Positions 8,557 to 22,600 of a stretch of 64,000 bases of DNA are shown here, piece by piece. Below the pieces are notes generated by a model. It made no database searches. It saw only the letters and a program-made list of their open reading frames with translations, and was not told the DNA's origin. The DNA comes from an uncultured Clostridia bacterium (lineage in GTDB: Bacteria; Bacillota; Clostridia; Christensenellales; UBA1242), in the NCBI GenBank assembly GCA_944377315.1, contig CALWEM010000022.1, forward strand, positions 6,183-70,182. The letters are read 5' to 3'. Within the stretch, counting starts at the first letter, position 1. Each line of letters opens with the position of its first letter. The position numbers were made by a program, and so were the translations under genes.

Positions 8557-10188
8557 ATGGATTATAAAAAAATTGCTGAAATTTTGTTCCCAAACAACAA
8601 ACTCACTGTTGAAGAAATTGAGAAAAAATATCCACCAAGAAATTTACCAGCCGGCACAGAAGTAACGCGTTTTGCCCCAAGTCCAACAGGTTTTATGCAC
8701 ATCGGCGGACTTTTCCAAGCAATTATCGACAAAAATATTGCCAAACGCTCAAATGGTGTTTATATGCTTCGAATTGAAGACACTGACAAAAAAAGAGAAG
8801 TGATAGGTGCAAGCACAATCATTTTGAACATTTTGAAAAAGTATGGTGCGATGCCGGATGAATATGAAGAAAAAGGCGTCAAAGTGGTCGGAAACTATGG
8901 ACCATATTTTCAAAGCGAGAGAGAAGAAATATATAAAGCGTATGCCAAAAAACTTGTCAGCGAAGGAAAGGCTTTTCCTTGCTTTTGCCGTAAAACAGAA
9001 GGACTTAATGATGTTAAAGAAAAAAGAGAAAAAATGTTTGCTTTGGGACTTACTGAAGACAAAGACCCTTGCCGTAATTTGACAGAAGAACAGATTGAAG
9101 AGTATGTCAAAGACGGAAAAACTTTTGCTGTGAAATTGAAAGCAAAAGGTAATGGGCAAGGAAAAGTTAAAATCGTTGATGTTTTGAAAGGTGAACTTGA
9201 AATGCAAGAAAATGGCGAAGATGCAGTGCTTTTGAAAAGTGATTTTATGCCAACATATGCTTTTGCTCACGCAGTTGACGATCACCTTATGGGCACAACA
9301 ACCGTGGTTCGCGGAGAAGAATGGTTGCCTTCATATCCACTTCATCTCGAAATTTTTGATGCACTTGAGTTTAAGCGTGTGAAATATGTTCACACTCCAC
9401 TCATATACAAAATTCGCGAAAATGGTGGGAAAACGAAAATTTCCAAACGAATTGATGATGAAGCAGATATGAGATACTTCTCAAAGGAAGGATACGAACC
9501 AGAAGCGGTGGAAGAATATTTAATCAATCTTGCCAACTCCAACTTTGAAATTTGGCGTAAGGAAAACCCAACTGCACCACTTCAAGATTTTCCATTTGAC
9601 GGTTTCAACATCACAGCAATCACACCTGTTTTTGACATTGTCAAACTCAATGACATCTCAAAAGAAATGATTGCCAAATATAATGCTGAAAAATGTTACA
9701 ATCGACTTCTTGCTTGGGCGGAAGAAAATTCACTTGAAAATGTGGAATACCTAAAAAAAGACAAGGAATATGTTTTGAAGGTTTTGAATATCGACCGCGA
9801 AAAAGAAAAACCAAGAAAAGATATCTATAAATGGGGTATGTTTTTTGATTACTATAACTATATGTTTGCTTTTCCAAAATCTTATCAAATTGATGAGAGT
9901 GAAAGAAAGAAATTTGAAGAAGTTTTGCGAGAATACAAAAAATATATCGACTTGAAAGATAAAAATGTTTGGTTTGAAAAAATAAAAGAAATGTCAGAAA
10001 AGTTGGGATATGCTGTTGACAACAAGGAATACAAGAAAAACCCTCAAAACTTTAAAGGCAATGTTGCCAAAGTTTGTGAGTTTATAAGAGTGGCAGTGAC
10101 CGGACAGAAAAATTCACCAGACTTATATGAGATTATGTCAGTGTTGGGTGCTGACAAAGTGCTTGAAAGATTATCACTCATTGTTTAA
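8557..10188 (+). CDS. gltX: Glutamate--tRNA ligase (long form)
   Basis: TRFAPSPTGFMHIGG (HIGH region), LRIEDTD and KISKR (KMSKS equivalent). SD AGGAGG. Confidence 0.9.
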   Translation: MDYKKIAEILFPNNKLTVEEIEKKYPPRNLPAGTEVTRFAPSPTGFMHIGGLFQAIIDKNIAKRSNGVYMLRIEDTDKKREVIGASTIILNILKKYGAMPDEYEEKGVKVVGNYGPYFQSEREEIYKAYAKKLVSEGKAFPCFCRKTEGLNDVKEKREKMFALGLTEDKDPCRNLTEEQIEEYVKDGKTFAVKLKAKGNGQGKVKIVDVLKGELEMQENGEDAVLLKSDFMPTYAFAHAVDDHLMGTTTVVRGEEWLPSYPLHLEIFDALEFKRVKYVHTPLIYKIRENGGKTKISKRIDDEADMRYFSKEGYEPEAVEEYLINLANSNFEIWRKENPTAPLQDFPFDGFNITAITPVFDIVKLNDISKEMIAKYNAEKCYNRLLAWAEENSLENVEYLKKDKEYVLKVLNIDREKEKPRKDIYKWGMFFDYYNYMFAFPKSYQIDESERKKFEEVLREYKKYIDLKDKNVWFEKIKEMSEKLGYAVDNKEYKKNPQNFKGNVAKVCEFIRVAVTGQKNSPDLYEIMSVLGADKVLERLSLIV

Positions 10189-10201
10189 GAAAAAAATAAA
10201 G

Positions 10202-10236
10202 AATATATAGGAAACTATATATTTTTTTATTTTTTA
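10202..10236 (+). terminator. Rho-independent terminator after gltX
   Basis: 9-bp stem AATATATAG (10202-10210) / CTATATATT (10215-10223) with loop GAAA, followed by a T-rich tail. Confidence 0.6.
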
Positions 10237-10255
10237 AAAAAACAATAAAAAATGC

Positions 10256-10317
10256 TTAATTTTTTAATATTTTTCTTGTTTTTATATTAATTTTTTAATA
10301 TTTTTAATATTTTTTTT
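10256..10317. repeat. Phased AT-only direct repeats in the 500-bp leader of the giant gene
   Basis: TTAATTTTTTAATATTTTT occurs at 10256-10274 and 10287-10305 (period 31 nt). A third partial copy, AATATTTTTTT, is at 10306-10317. Confidence 0.6.
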
Positions 10318-10620
10318 GATTAAAATTTATTTTTTATATAATATATCCATAAAAAAATAAGTTTTTTGGGTTTGTGATATAAAATAGGGCTATTTTTCAA
10401 GTGTTTATGATTTTGAGAAAATAATAATAATTCGAAAAATAGCAAAAAATTGCTTCAAAATCAATAAAAAACATAAAAATAATTGAATTTTTTGATATTT
10501 TTGCCAATTTTTTATAATTTTTAATTTTTTTCGAGATTTTATCCGATTGGAATGATAATTTATGAAATAAAAACGAACAATTTATTTAATAATATATATA
10601 ATACTTTTTTATGAATTTGT

Positions 10621-10650
10621 TTGCTTTTTTTGAAGAAATTTTTGTATAAT
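10621..10650 (+). promoter_or_regulatory. Candidate promoter of the giant surface-protein gene
   Basis: TTGCTT (10621-10626), an 18-nt spacer, then TATAAT (10645-10650). GAGG (10684-10687) precedes ATG 10691. Confidence 0.45.
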
Positions 10651-10690
10651 AAAAATAGCAAGTAAGTTTTGGCAAAAAGTATGAGGTTGT

Positions 10691-13600
10691 ATGAAAATAA
10701 AAAGTTGGCTATTTTCATTGTTATTAGTTTTTGTCGGCATCGCTGGTGCTTATTCTTTAACTTTGCCAATAAACAAAATAAGTGCAGTGAGCGAAGATGC
10801 TAGTGTTTGGGATGGTAATGATTATAGCGATGAGTTTGATGAGTATAATCTTTATAAAACTGACGAAAACGGTGTTGTCAATTATTATATATACACTGCC
10901 AAAGATTTTTTATATTTTGCACACACGGTAAATAACGGCAACACATATAATCAACAAGTTGTCAACCTTTGTGTTGATATTGACCTTAATGGAAAGAAAT
11001 GGAAACCGATTGGTGTTTCCGAGAACGGTGATTCAGCCACTCAATTTGCTGGCACTTTCAATGGAAATGGATATACGATTTATAATCTCAACATTCAAAA
11101 TCCAAATAGTCCTTGGGTTGGGCTTTTTTCCACAGTTGCAAATGCCACTCTCAAAAATTTTAATTTGGTTTCTGCCAATATCAATGTTTCAAACGAAAAA
11201 GAGATTTCAGTTGGTGCTGTTGCTGGCTCAATGACTTTGTCAAGCATCATCAATGTTTCTGTGTCGGGTGAAATTTATCATTCAGGTGCCACTGGCAATG
11301 TTGGCGGTCTTGTCGGCGAAGTTGTGGGAAAACACAAAACGAGCATACCTTTTGATAAAATTGATTTTGAAAAAAATTTCAGTGATGAAGTGAAAATTTT
11401 GAATTGTCGCTCTTTGGCATCGGTTTCTGGTGTTGGTTCAGTCGGTGGTATCGCTGGCTACACCTCTCGCAGTGTCGTTATCAAAGAGTGCTATAACGAA
11501 GGTGCGATTTCAGGCATTGGGAATTCGTCAAATTATATCGGCGGAATCTTGGGCAGAACATCAAGTGACTCCACTTCAAATGTGTATAACTACACTTTGA
11601 TAACTCATTGCTATAACGCGGGCGACCTTAACTTTTCGCACGCGAGATATGCCGGCGGAATTTTGGGTTACAGTGCAAAACCGGCGAATGAGAGAATGTC
11701 ATATTTTACCATTTTATATTCATATAACAAAGGCGATTTTGTGTATGACACTTCTTCCAATCTTTCCGAATCAAAAATCGGTGGGCTTGTTGGTTACAGC
11801 AATATTCCACGCGGAGTTTATATAACCGATGAAAACTACACAAGTTTCGACAATGTTTTCAATGTGGGCGAAGTCAAAAATGATAAGGGTGAAAATATCA
11901 TTCTTTCGCAAACGGAATATTCTTTGATTGTGAATGTTCAACCAAATGCTTCAATTTTTGGTTGCAACGATATTTATTATAATGAAAGTTATGCAGAAAA
12001 ATACACTGGCTCGGTGAGCACTGTCGACACCACAGAAGACAGGTTGACAGGCATAACAGAAAGTTCGATAAAACTTCAAAAAGTGCCTTTTCTTGAAGAT
12101 AGTTTCCGCACTGCCAATTTTGGTGGGACAAACTTCTTTGGGAAAACGACAAGTGGGGAAAAGATAAACAATGTGAAAAACAGTGAGATTTGGGGAATTC
12201 AAAGTGGAATTAATGACGGCTATCCATATCTCAAAAGAACGATAAACATCAACAATGCCAACAATGATTTGTCATCCACCACTGCAACATTGTGGAAAGG
12301 CGAAGGCACAAAAGATAACCCATATCTTATATACACCGCAGAAGACTTGGCAAGAGTGGCAAAAGTGTATAATAACGGCAAGATTAATGACAAGGCTGAA
12401 GGGTTGGTATATAACAATGAAGGGAAAACCTTGGGCGGAGAAATTGTTTCTTCCACTTCACAAAACGGCAACGAAAACACAACAAGCCAGACCAAAATAA
12501 CATATTTCTCTCTTCAAAACGACATTGATTTGTCTTCAAAAGCGTGGACACCGATAGGAACAGGACCGGTCGATGACGGTAGCGGGAAAAAATTTATTAA
12601 TGCAGTTTTTGACGGAAACAATTTCACAATTTCTGGCATAAATTGTTCAATGCACGCAAATTATAAATACTTGGGACTTTTTGGCTGTGCTGAAAATGCC
12701 ATTATTCGCAATGTCATTGTGGACGATTTTCGCTTTATCGGAACTGAAGAAGGTGATGAAACAGCGAAAGGCACAATTGTTGGATGCCTAAAAAATTCTT
12801 ATGTCATTAACTGTGCTGATTTTGTCAATAGAATAGGAACCACAGAGAGCGAAAAAGTTGATTTATATACGATTGGCAGTGTCGATGCCGATGGAAAATC
12901 TTATGTTGTTTATGGTGAAAATAATAATGCTGATAACGCATTTTCTGATAATAATATTTATATAGATGCAAATATGTCTAATTTGAACCAACTTTATTTA
13001 ACATATATTAATCCAAACGGCGGAACGGTTTATGACACAATCAAGAGAGATAGTGTCGATGAGAAAGGCGAAGTGTCAGTTCATATCGGTCAAGCAGAAC
13101 TATTAATTGCAAGTAGTTCAAATACAACAAGTAGTTCAAATAGTTATAAAATACACACTGCTATAAACTCTCAATTTGGCAGTCAATATCTTTCTTGTTT
13201 GCCAACAGATATTTCATCAGGAAATAGTTATAACACTTCTTCCATAATTTTGAAAGAAGGTGAAGTGATTAATGGTTATAATTATGGCATTGTTGGTGGC
13301 ACCGAGCTTTCTTCATCAGATATAAACGATCTTATTAGCGATGGTATTGAAGCAAATTGGGGAGAAGAGGGTAAAACAACAACAATCACGATTCATTATA
13401 ATAGTTATGAAAATAGTTATGGATATGGCAATGAAGAAAGCATTATTACTTTTGATGTAAATTATAATCAATATTTTTCCAACGAGAGTTTCAAAGAAAA
13501 AGTTTTGGAAGCATTGGAAATAAAAGGTATTACAAGGACCGGCTATGAAGTTGCTGGCATTTTCACTGGATTCACAAAAAAACAATTTGGTGGAGAATTT

Positions 13601-16600
13601 TCCGGCTTTGATTATTTTGAAGACGGCGTTGGACTTTTCCTTAATCAAAATGAGGATTATTACATCAAGTGGCAAGGAAACACTTCCTATTCCATTCAAG
13701 TGAACTTGGTTGACCTTGACTCTTTCGGTTCTGTTTCCACTTCTCCAAAAAATTACACTTGGACACAAGCGGTGGAAAGTTTGAAAGTTAATTTCAGTGA
13801 CGGCACAGTTTCCGAGATTGATTTGTTGCGTGGGAATTATCGTATTCTTGAAAGCGGTTCAGCTGTTTTTGGATATAACACTTCAAATGTCGATTTGCAA
13901 GATGAAAATATCACCATTGAAATTAAATTGAAAGACGGTTTTTCTTTCAAAAATAATGATGATTTTCTTCAAGAAACAGGATTTTTGAATAACAAAGTTG
14001 ACGAACAGGTAAATGATTACATACAAAAATTTGGCTATTCAAGTCTGATAAACAATTTGAATCAAGACAACACCTTAATTCTTCAAAGAATGGTGGGTGA
14101 TGGTGAAATAAACATCAACATCGGGCGCACAAACTATTCATATAATATGGCGATTGACGAAGATGTTTCTTTTGGGCTCACGCTTCCACAGGTCACAAAT
14201 TCGGGCTATAAAGTCTTGTTTATGACAAAAGAAGGGAACTACACCACTTTGAACGAAGTTGAACCAAATATGTTCAACAAGGTTTCGGGCTATGGCAGTT
14301 ATTATTTTGGTGTCAATATGTTTGACAAATACTTTATTGCGTCCACCGATGATTTTGACAGAGTGGATTTTGGTTCAAAAGTGCCAATTTTGAATATCAA
14401 TCTTTCGGCGGACAACAAAGTGGAAGGAATTGTTCTCAATATTCAAGATGAATACAGTGCAAATCACTATTTTCTTGTGGCACTTTCCACATTGGACGGA
14501 AAAAGAACGCAAACCATATATGAAATCAATCGTCCGGTCGTTGAAAACGGCGAAATCAAAGTGGAATTGTTGGATCGTCTTGTTTATGTCACAGAAGGCA
14601 TTTTGAATGATGTTGGCGAAAACTATCAAATTCCAATCGGGACAATAGGATACAACCTAAACTATTTCACCAACACCAATTTTGGCATTGTTTTCTCCAC
14701 AGAAGATGCAAGTTCTGAAATTGTCGATTATCCAGCAAATCCAGAAGTCCTTGTTTTTGAAGATTTGAATGAAGACGGAATATATGATATGAGCGAAGAT
14801 GAGGCAAAGAAAATTTTCTATAACTTGGTGGCATCGGATGACAAGAACTACACTGAACTCGAAGTCTATTTGAACTATCAAACCACCATCGCCAACATTG
14901 AAATTTTGCAAGACAAGGTGACAGCGGACTTCAATTTCAAATTTGCCACAATAAGTGAAGATGAAAACGGCAAACTTCAACTCGTTGAATTAACTGAAAA
15001 CACACCGCAAATTGACATCTCAATCGGCAATTTACAAGATGAAAATGTGGAAAACAGAAAATCATACAATAACTCTAATGGTATATCATTAAATATAAAT
15101 AACTATAATTTTATCACTTTCACAATCAAGAATAATAACTATTATCAATTCGCTCATCGCGACAGTGGCATTTTCCCAACTGTCAAGTCAATGATGAGTT
15201 CAGGTATGGCGACAGAAATCGACAAAACCACCACAATGTATATGACACCATTGGACGAAAAAGGTGAATATTTAAGTAGTGGCTCGGTAGCAGACCCACA
15301 AAACCCAACAAACAGCATAAATTGTTCAAGTTTCTCTTCGCGTGACCCAAGTGACCCAAGTGGCGGATATAAATATTCCTACACCTACACGATGAGTTTT
15401 CCATCGGCGATATTCCCATCGAGTTGGGAAATTATCTTTGTGGTGGAAAGAGTGGATTTCCATTTGTCAGTTTCTTCGGTTTACAAGCAGACATACAATG
15501 GCGAGGAGTTTGAAGATACCACCAACGCCACCACCCTCAAAAACACCGAAAATGACGATGAGGTCACAGAACTTGATTTACTTTTTGGTGATGAATTTGT
15601 CATTCAAACCAACACACAAAATGCTGGCTACACCTTCCAAGGTTTTGAAGTGAGAAAGGACGGAGAAACCACCTTCTTCCCACCACTTAATCTTGACATT
15701 GAATATGACAAAACTTCTTATGTTATGACAATTGAAGACTTTTTGTCTTTCTATAAAGACGAATACACCACGCTTTCTTCGGATGACAAATATAGTTACG
15801 AAATTTGTGCGGTCTATGAAAGCGAAAGTGTGGCATTTCAGTCGTCAATAAGAAAGTTTATGATATTAGACTATAATGGCAACGAAAATGACTTTTATCT
15901 CAACACTGTGACCGGTTCTGTGTTGAACACAACTGGTTCAAATCTCACAAGTGGCACATTCAATTATTTTAGTGCCAACGCAAGTGGCAACGAACTTAAC
16001 AGCTCAATTGAAAATGGTTTTGCCACCTTTAACTTGTTGCAATCAAACTATTATGAGTTTTCTGGCTTTGCAATAATGACAGAAGAAACTTATAATAAGA
16101 GCGGTATTGTGGATAACTTTGGTGACAGTTATTATTACATAAATGAAGAAAGAACAAATATGGATATTTCTGTCAACAGTGGCGACTTGGAGATAACATC
16201 AAAGACGATGAGAATTTCAGGCAGAGTGATTGCAGACTATATTCGCACTTTACTGGAAGAAGACGAAATGCAAAATATATATACTGATTCGACTGTCTAT
16301 ATTTTGCCAATCTTGAAACAAAAAACTTTGGAAATAACGATAACAGACGGCTCGTCCAATAAGGTATACAGCAACAGCAAAAATGAAACAACTGACACTG
16401 AAATTGTGATGACTGTCTATTATGTCAATGGCGTGATGCTTAACTTTAGCTCGTCATATTATATCGGCGAATCTGTCAATCGTGGCAATGTTTTTGTCAC
16501 AATGAACAAAGGAAATTTGAACAGCATAATTTTGAACTCATATTTCTATTATCAAATCGGCTATGCTTCGACTTCGTGGACAATTCGATATAAACTTGAT

Positions 16601-19600
16601 GATGGCGAAGACGGAACCTCCACTGCGATAAACACGCACAATCTGTCCACATATTTCAACGAAAACAATCTATCCACCACCTTCACAACAGATTATGCCA
16701 TTCAAATTGAACGATTTTGGACGGCAAACACTTTCCAAGTTAATTATTATAGTGGTGATTCAAGATACAACACTTTCCTTGGCAATAACATTTTTGGCAA
16801 CAGCATTGAAAACAATTATTCGAGAACAGCGAGATATAACAGCACAACCACTCTTGAAAATAACAGTTTCTCTTTGACTGGTTATCAATTTGTCGGTTGG
16901 AGAGTGTTCAAAAATTTGGGCTATCAAACAGTGGAAGTTGTCAATCCAAACGCGGGGAATGGGCTTTTCAGCGCCGGTGATGACATCACAAACTTGATAA
17001 CCGGCACAGACCAAATCCTTGATGAAAACAATTTTGGACTTTCATTGGAAGTTTATGCCGTTTGGCAAGCAAAGACCTACAAGGTGCTTTTGAACGCCAA
17101 TGGTGGAAATATTGATGGACAAGAAACCATCACTTTGTCGCTTGAATATAACTCAACCTTTATGGAAGCGGTTTGTGACGGCTATGATATTGAAGAATTG
17201 TTTGACACATACTTAAATCAAATTGTCAAAAGACCAGGTTTCCAATTTGACGGATTTTATAGTTACGATGGTTCTTCTTCAAAATCAATGTTGAATTTGG
17301 TGACAGAAGAAACTTATTTGAGAAACACAATTTCTGGTTTTGTTGACACCAACAATCTTGATGAGCCGGTTCTTACTTTGTTTGCAACTTGGGTTTATGA
17401 TGAGTCGACTTCAATCATTTTTGAAAATGATTTGAGTTATAACTACACTGGCGACAAAATTGAAGTGGCACTTTCTGACTTTGAAGTGACCGGCAACAAT
17501 ATTGTGGTGACAAACACTGACACGCTTTTCAATCTTCAATATGCCAATGAAGAAGCGGGCGTTGACATTTCTTTCACTTTCACACGCGATGAAAACAGCT
17601 CAACCGAAATCGTGCAAGTGGGTGATGAAGAAAATGGCTGCACATACAAATTTTTGATTGGCGAAAATGTTGGCAGTTATCAACTCAATCTTTCATATAA
17701 CCTTACTGATATCGGCTCAAATGTATACTCCATTGGCGATTTCAATTTTGTTACAGTCAGTTTCATCATCAGCATCACAAAAGCTGACATATCTTTCAAG
17801 CAAAGTGATGAAAAAGGCATTTGGCTCAAAAACATTCAATATCTTGTTTCTGTTGTCGAAGAACAAGAAGTTATTGATGAATATAATTCTTTTGAAACCT
17901 TTGAAGAGTTAAGACAAAGCGTTTCACAAAAAGAAGGCTTTGAATTGACAAGTGAAAGTGTCTATGAATATCTCTTTATGAAATACTACAATATGATAAA
18001 CACCAAATCAAGTCAAATCCACACTTTAAAGAATTGGAAAATAAGAGACGGCGAAAATGGCAATGACTATATCTCATATTATGGCACATATTATTATGGC
18101 GCAGATGAATATCTTGACAATTTTGATGGGCTTTCAGACGAAAGACGAGAAAGAGCGGAAATTCTCAAAAACAATATGTTCCTTTTAAGTTATGAATTTG
18201 GCGTGAACATAAGAGAATATGTTTTGGCTGGCGAAGAAACTTCAAGATATAATGTTGGCGATGTTTTGCTCACTTCTGACACAGCAGACGCGGTGATTGG
18301 TGAAGAACTTTCCATTTCTTCCATTGAAATATATTCAACAAGCGTTCTTGTGCCAAATTATAGTTACACAGTGAGAGCATATATAACCGAAGCTTCCACC
18401 GGAAAACTTGATAACTATAATGTTGCCACCGACTCGTCTGGCAGAAGATATATTGTTTTGGATGATGTGTATATGCTCATTCAAGTTTTGCGTCTTAAAA
18501 ACAACGCCATTTCAAAATCCACATACTACACGGGCGATATTCCATTTGTCAACTGGGTGGGCAGTGACCAACTCCCACATTACTATTATGACGGAAGCAC
18601 ATTCTATCAATTTGAAAAAGACAGTGAACTTTATATCGACCTTGAAATTGAAACATCAAATGCTGGACAAAGCGATGTTGACACAATTTTCGATTTCTAT
18701 GACAAAGAAAACTATCTCAATGTTTCTTCAATAAGAATTGTCACATTTGATGATGACACTGGTTTTAATTTCACCAACTACACATCATATTTCAACATTA
18801 TTTTGGACGAAACCTTCACCTTCACCATTTTCAATGTGGTGGATACTGCTCAAATTTCCTTAACTCCAAAATATTTCACAAAGAAAAATCAATTCCAAAC
18901 TTTCACTGATTTGCCAGAAAGCGTGTTGGCAAGTCTTGAAACAGGACTTTTCAGTGTGACAAGTTTCACATACTCCACTGACAATGCTTCAACAAAAACA
19001 TATTCATTGACCGACTCAAACGGCAATGCCACACCTTTAAATAACGGGCAATATTTCTCTGAAGATGGCAAAATTTTGCTTTTCACTTTGGAAAACAACA
19101 ATTCAAACGCTCCAATTTTCTACACTTCAAGTGCAGTCGTTTCAGTGGGCATAAGAATAAATCAATCGCTGTTGACTGAATACATCAAATACTACACCAC
19201 CACAGATGAAATCATAAATGATTTGACACAAGAATATTCAGTCACAACAGAATATACCTTGACTCTTAAAACCAAGAACGAAAATGGTGTTTTTGAAAGT
19301 GACATTGAATACACAGACGGCTCGCTCACATATTTGGAATATTATTCTGTTTTCTCTGACCTTGTCAAAATTTATTATGATATGAATTTATCGGGTGTTT
19401 CCAACACCAACAGCAGTCTTTTACAACTCAACTATGACACAACTGATGCTCTCACCACACTTGTCTATTCCAACCTTGTCATCAGTGATATGAAATACAC
19501 CACAGTCACTGGTGCTGAAAGGTCATATACCAATTTGTTTGATTCGATAACGGGACGCTTTATGGGTGCGGACATATATAGCCCTCACAAATTTATCACA

Positions 19601-22600
19601 TTAAAAGCATATTGGAAGATTGGCGAACTTGACATTTCTACACTTTCTTCACAAATAAAATATGCTGTTGGCACTTTGGACACTTTGTATGCTGTCAATG
19701 TTGGATATATGAACAATGAAGAAAGCACTTTCTTTAACTACACATATGAATTATATAAAGGCGATGAACTTCTCGCTTCCAACAATAATTTCGACCAACT
19801 TGCCATTTCGTTTGATGGCGGTGGCACAGTGAAAGACAGTGGAACATACACTCTCAAGTTCATTGTGACAATCAAAGATAACTACAAAAACATTTTGGAC
19901 ACAACAAGCGAAGAGAGTGTGACCGCAGAAATTGAATTCACGCTTGAATTTGTTAAGAACATAATTGAAGACATAACTTTCATTCCAGAAAGTGAAGAAA
20001 TTATGTATGACGGTCTTAATCATACAGGCTCTTTCATTGTCGAAATTTCATATCAACAATACAAGCAAGAACTCGACGACTATGACAGCGAAAATATTGT
20101 GACAGAAAGATATCAATACGGCACGGAGAAAAAATTTACATTCAAAATTTTGAAAGACGGCACGGAAGAAGTGAATGAAATCATTGATGTCGGCAGATAT
20201 GAGATAAGTGTCAATTTAAGCGAAGACTATTTTGAATGGTCGGAAAACTCCAAGGTTTTGACCTATGTCATTAACCGCTACGACATTGATTTGAGCACCT
20301 ATGAACTTGACAGAACCAAAAACTTTAACTCGCAAGACACCGCTTTCACCAACAATATTCGAGTTGCCGGCGAAGTTGTTTCTCTCACATTAACAAGAGC
20401 AGACTTGGGCGAAGATTTGGGTGACTATGACCTATTCCTTGACAATTTCACTTCACTCAATAACAACAACTTCACAGTTTCTTATGACGGCACCGTTTTG
20501 TTTGATGGCACAGACTACACTGCTCAAAAATCAACAACAGCCATTGCAAAACTTTCCATTGTTCAAGCGGGCGATTTGCGAATTTATTGGGAAATTTCTG
20601 ACAGTGTTCCAAACATTGCATCATTTGAGTATAATGAAAATGGTTACAGCGTTGCTTTCACCGAGCAAGCAGAAATCGTCATTACAACGGGAGGTGAAAA
20701 TGCCAAAACCTTGAATTTGAAGATGTATGATTTGGGACAGGGCAGTGAGATTTCAAATGAAACAATATTAAATATACTCCATCCACTTCTTGCCGACATA
20801 AACATCATTTTGACAAGTGCAGGCAATGAATATACAACCGCGGTCGATGCTGGAAACTACTCCTTCTCTTTGCGAGTTGATGAAGGTATGGCAATAGGGC
20901 AATACTTTAAGAATATATACTTCTCATCTGACTATACTTTGCAAATAATCTCGGAAGGTATTGATGTCAATTCTTTCTCGTTTGTGAAAGAATATGACGG
21001 ATTGAACACAATTTATCTCACTTTGTCAAATCAAGTGATTGATGATATTTCCACCTATCAAGGTATATATGTTGAAGGTGTGTTTGCCGAAACTCACGCT
21101 GGAGAAGATATTGCTGTCAATGTCACTTTGAAGACCACCAGTGAAAATATCAATGACCTTATTAACTTCCAACTTTCATCATCTTTGACAAGTGGGCAAA
21201 TTCTGAAAAGAGAAGCGGAAATTATTTTCAGTTTCAAAGAAGACACCTTCACTTATGGCGAACTTTCGAGTGACAACTTTGCCGACCAAATCACATACAT
21301 TGTCAAGGACGGCGAAGAAGATATAACCGAACTTTTCCGTGGCTCTTTCTATACCATAAACTACACCTTGTCAGCCGGCGGAAGCGAGATGCAAACAAAC
21401 ACACAAGGATATATCTATGCAAACACCTACACTTTGCAAACGCTTGCAACCTATGACGATTTTGACCTTGATGAAGTTTTGCCAAGTCTACAAGTAACAC
21501 CATTTGAATATTCCTTGGAAGTTGGAGAAGGCTTCATCACTGTCACGGCACTTGATGAGGTTTCCAAAGCGTATGTCGAAAACATATATGTTGAAGAAAC
21601 AGGCGACAGCATTCAAGTCAGTTTCTATGTTCCAAGTGATATTGTTGGCACAACAAATCAAGTTGGTGACTATAATTTAACTTTGGAAAATGGGCAATAT
21701 TCATATCTATATTCAAATGGCAATATTCGTGTTTCCATTGATGAAAATAACACAGGCTTCAAAGTTGGTTCATATGACGGCACTTTGTATCTTGAAATTG
21801 AAGATGAAGAAATTTTGACGCGTCCATATAATGCCAAGACCTACACAATCACCGCATCGGAAACCACTTTCATAATAACCATTGAAAATGAAGATGAAAC
21901 ATTCTCTGTTCAAAGCAATTTCAAATTTTATAACTATAATAACGGCGAATTGACACCAATTGAAAATTCCACTCTTGTGTTTGAAAGCATCGGTATCACT
22001 TCTTCAAACCAAAACACCTTCTCGCAAGTTGGAAACTACAAACTCACACTTGACGCAGTGGCAACTGGCTACACAAATGTTTCCTTCATCAAAAACTATA
22101 CTTTCAGCATAACACCAGTCGAGTTGAATTTTGACGGAACAGGACTCTTTAACAAGGTGTATGACGGCACAACAATTGTGGAAATTGAGGTGACAGAAGG
22201 AATTTTTGAAGGTGATGAAGTTATTGTCCGTGGTATCTATCAAAATGCCACTGCAGGAGTCGACAAAGATGTTCGATTGACCTTGTCTGGGAGTTCGGCG
22301 AAGAATTACACACTTTCTTCTTCCACCACAAAAGGCACAATTGAAAAGAAAAATGTCACCATTTCTTTGGCACAAACTTCTTATCAATATGGCGACATAA
22401 GAACAACCACAAATCTCAATTTTGTTGTCAAGGACGGCGACAATGAGATTTCCAAAGGCTTCTACACTGTTGTCAAACAAGAAATTCAATATGAAGGAAC
22501 GGGAATTCTTCCAGTGAATGTTGATGGCTATGATGTTGAGATTGAGGTGGAGAGCGAAAACTACAACATAACTCCAACCACACTTCACTTTGAAATCACC

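Noticed and set aside
8749-9285. 178-aa antisense ORF within gltX. Comparable antisense ORFs lie at 37458-38051 (oxidoreductase), 50084-50677 (argS), 40580-41074 (spmA), 30765-31259 and 32443-32868 (ATPase).
   Set aside because: Each opposes a confidently identified housekeeping gene. They have no translation signals and F/K/I-rich nonsense-like sequence.
10256-10317. CRISPR-like array suspicion from the regularly spaced repeats.
   Set aside because: There are only two full copies plus a fragment. The repeats are AT-only 19-mers with 12-nt gaps, so there are no spacers of CRISPR size. No cas genes are present in the window.
10560-10769. 69-aa minus-strand ORF spanning the giant-gene start.
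   Set aside because: It lies in the AT-only leader and overlaps the signal-peptide codons of the giant gene. It has low-complexity K/L/F composition and no SD.
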